Assembly: GCF_020745735.1 (NCBI RefSeq)
Contig: NC_083431.1
Coordinates: 45,040,496 to 45,104,495, forward strand
Source of the DNA: Hemiscyllium ocellatum
Taxonomy: Eukaryota
DNA: 64,000 nucleotides
Direction: 5' to 3'
Each line of letters begins with the position of its first letter. The stretch's first letter is position 1. The notes below the pieces were generated by a model, which was not told where the DNA came from, made no database searches, and saw nothing but the letters and a program-made list of their open reading frames with translations. Shown here piece after piece: positions 63,140 to 64,000 of this stretch. The position numbers and the translations under genes are program-made.

Positions 63140-64000
63140 TCTACTGTTTTAGTTATTATTTCGCATTCTGTTTGTTCTATTGCACCTCTACAGCAATGGA
63201 ACTTGTTGACGACCAAGATTTTGAATATCTCAAAGTCTTTCAACTTCAAACAGGTTTCTCTCCCTATCACAGTACCATCATAACTCTTAGCAAAATCACA
63301 AAACGCATCCTTTATGACTGTGACAAAGGTTAGCAATTCCTCTTCATCATTCTTGACCTGCCTGCTACCTTTAATACAGTTGAACACATTATCTTCCTCT
63401 AATATCTCACCACTCTTGTCCAGCTGATGGGACTGCATTGTTTTGTTTCATCCATTTAACAATTGCTGAGTGTCATCTGTAATGGCTTCTTTTCCCATTC
63501 CCTCTGGATATCTCCAAGAATCTCTCCTTGACATTCTCCTAATTCTTATTTATGCTACATCATCCAAAAACACATCAATTTATATAAAAGCAAAGTACTG
63601 AGGATGTTGGAGATCTGAAATAAAATCGGGAAGTATTGGAGAAACTCAGCAGGTCTGTGCAGGAACTCTGAAGAAATGTTTTGCTGGACTCAAAATGTTA
63701 ACTCTGTTTTGTTTGCTCCACAGATGCTGCCGGACCTGCTGAGTTTTCAACACTTCCTGTTTTCATTTCAATTTATGCATTTACGCATCACCATCTACCT
63801 CACCGGCCGCTTTTTCTTGATAGCTCCATTGTTGCTCATTTATCTAATGGTCTAACTGACAATGAGCAGAAATGTCTTTGATCTAATTATTGGAATGCCA
63901 AAACCATTCTTCAGTCCTCACTACAAACTCTGTCCCTAGCTACTGACTCTAAACTGCCCCTGGCAACCAAAGCTGAGCCAGTCTGTTCACAATCTGGTGT
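63140..64000 (+). mobile_element. Decayed L2 LINE RT region, interrupted by a mini-PLE
   Basis: ILDLPATFNTVEHIIFL, matching the L2 LLDLSAAFDTVDH motif. Confidence 0.7.
63584..63770. mobile_element. Old fold-back PLE family C mini-element
   Basis: Arms 63616-63657 / 63731-63770, a ~32-nt tail on the left, a degenerate hammerhead CTGAAGA..CAAAATGTTA and a possible TSD (TCA)ATTTAT. Confidence 0.7.

Noticed and set aside
1-64000. Host protein-coding gene, CRISPR array or prokaryotic-type system
   Set aside because: All recognisable ORFs are transposon-derived and the rest are short, low-complexity or antisense shadows. No regularly spaced repeat-spacer array or operon structure is present.

Overview
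This is eukaryotic, repeat-dense, apparently intergenic or intronic DNA. The repeat content (HE1-type V-SINEs, HER1/CR1 LINEs, SacSINE1/DeuSINE-like SINEs, Penelope-like elements) points to a cartilaginous fish, most likely a shark (inference). I found no convincing host protein-coding exon, tRNA/rRNA gene or CRISPR array. The ORFs I can recognise are transposon fragments or their antisense shadows; the rest are short and unrecognisable. Most of the window is nested CR1 LINEs, with L2, Tx1/L1, a Tc1/mariner-type MITE and a 640-bp ERV-like solo LTR. The most interesting signal is a set of Penelope-like elements (PLEs) from about five families whose terminal repeats carry minimal type I hammerhead ribozyme motifs. 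It includes a very young RT+GIY-YIG copy (29191-30796) and several tiny non-coding fold-back insertions built as inverted arms, a one-sided 32-41 nt tail and a target-site duplication (TSD). The best example, 21998-22569, has 233-bp near-perfect arms, a 14-bp TSD and an intact hammerhead on each strand. Boundaries of old, decayed repeats are approximate (tens of bp), and family names come from motif recognition, not database searches.
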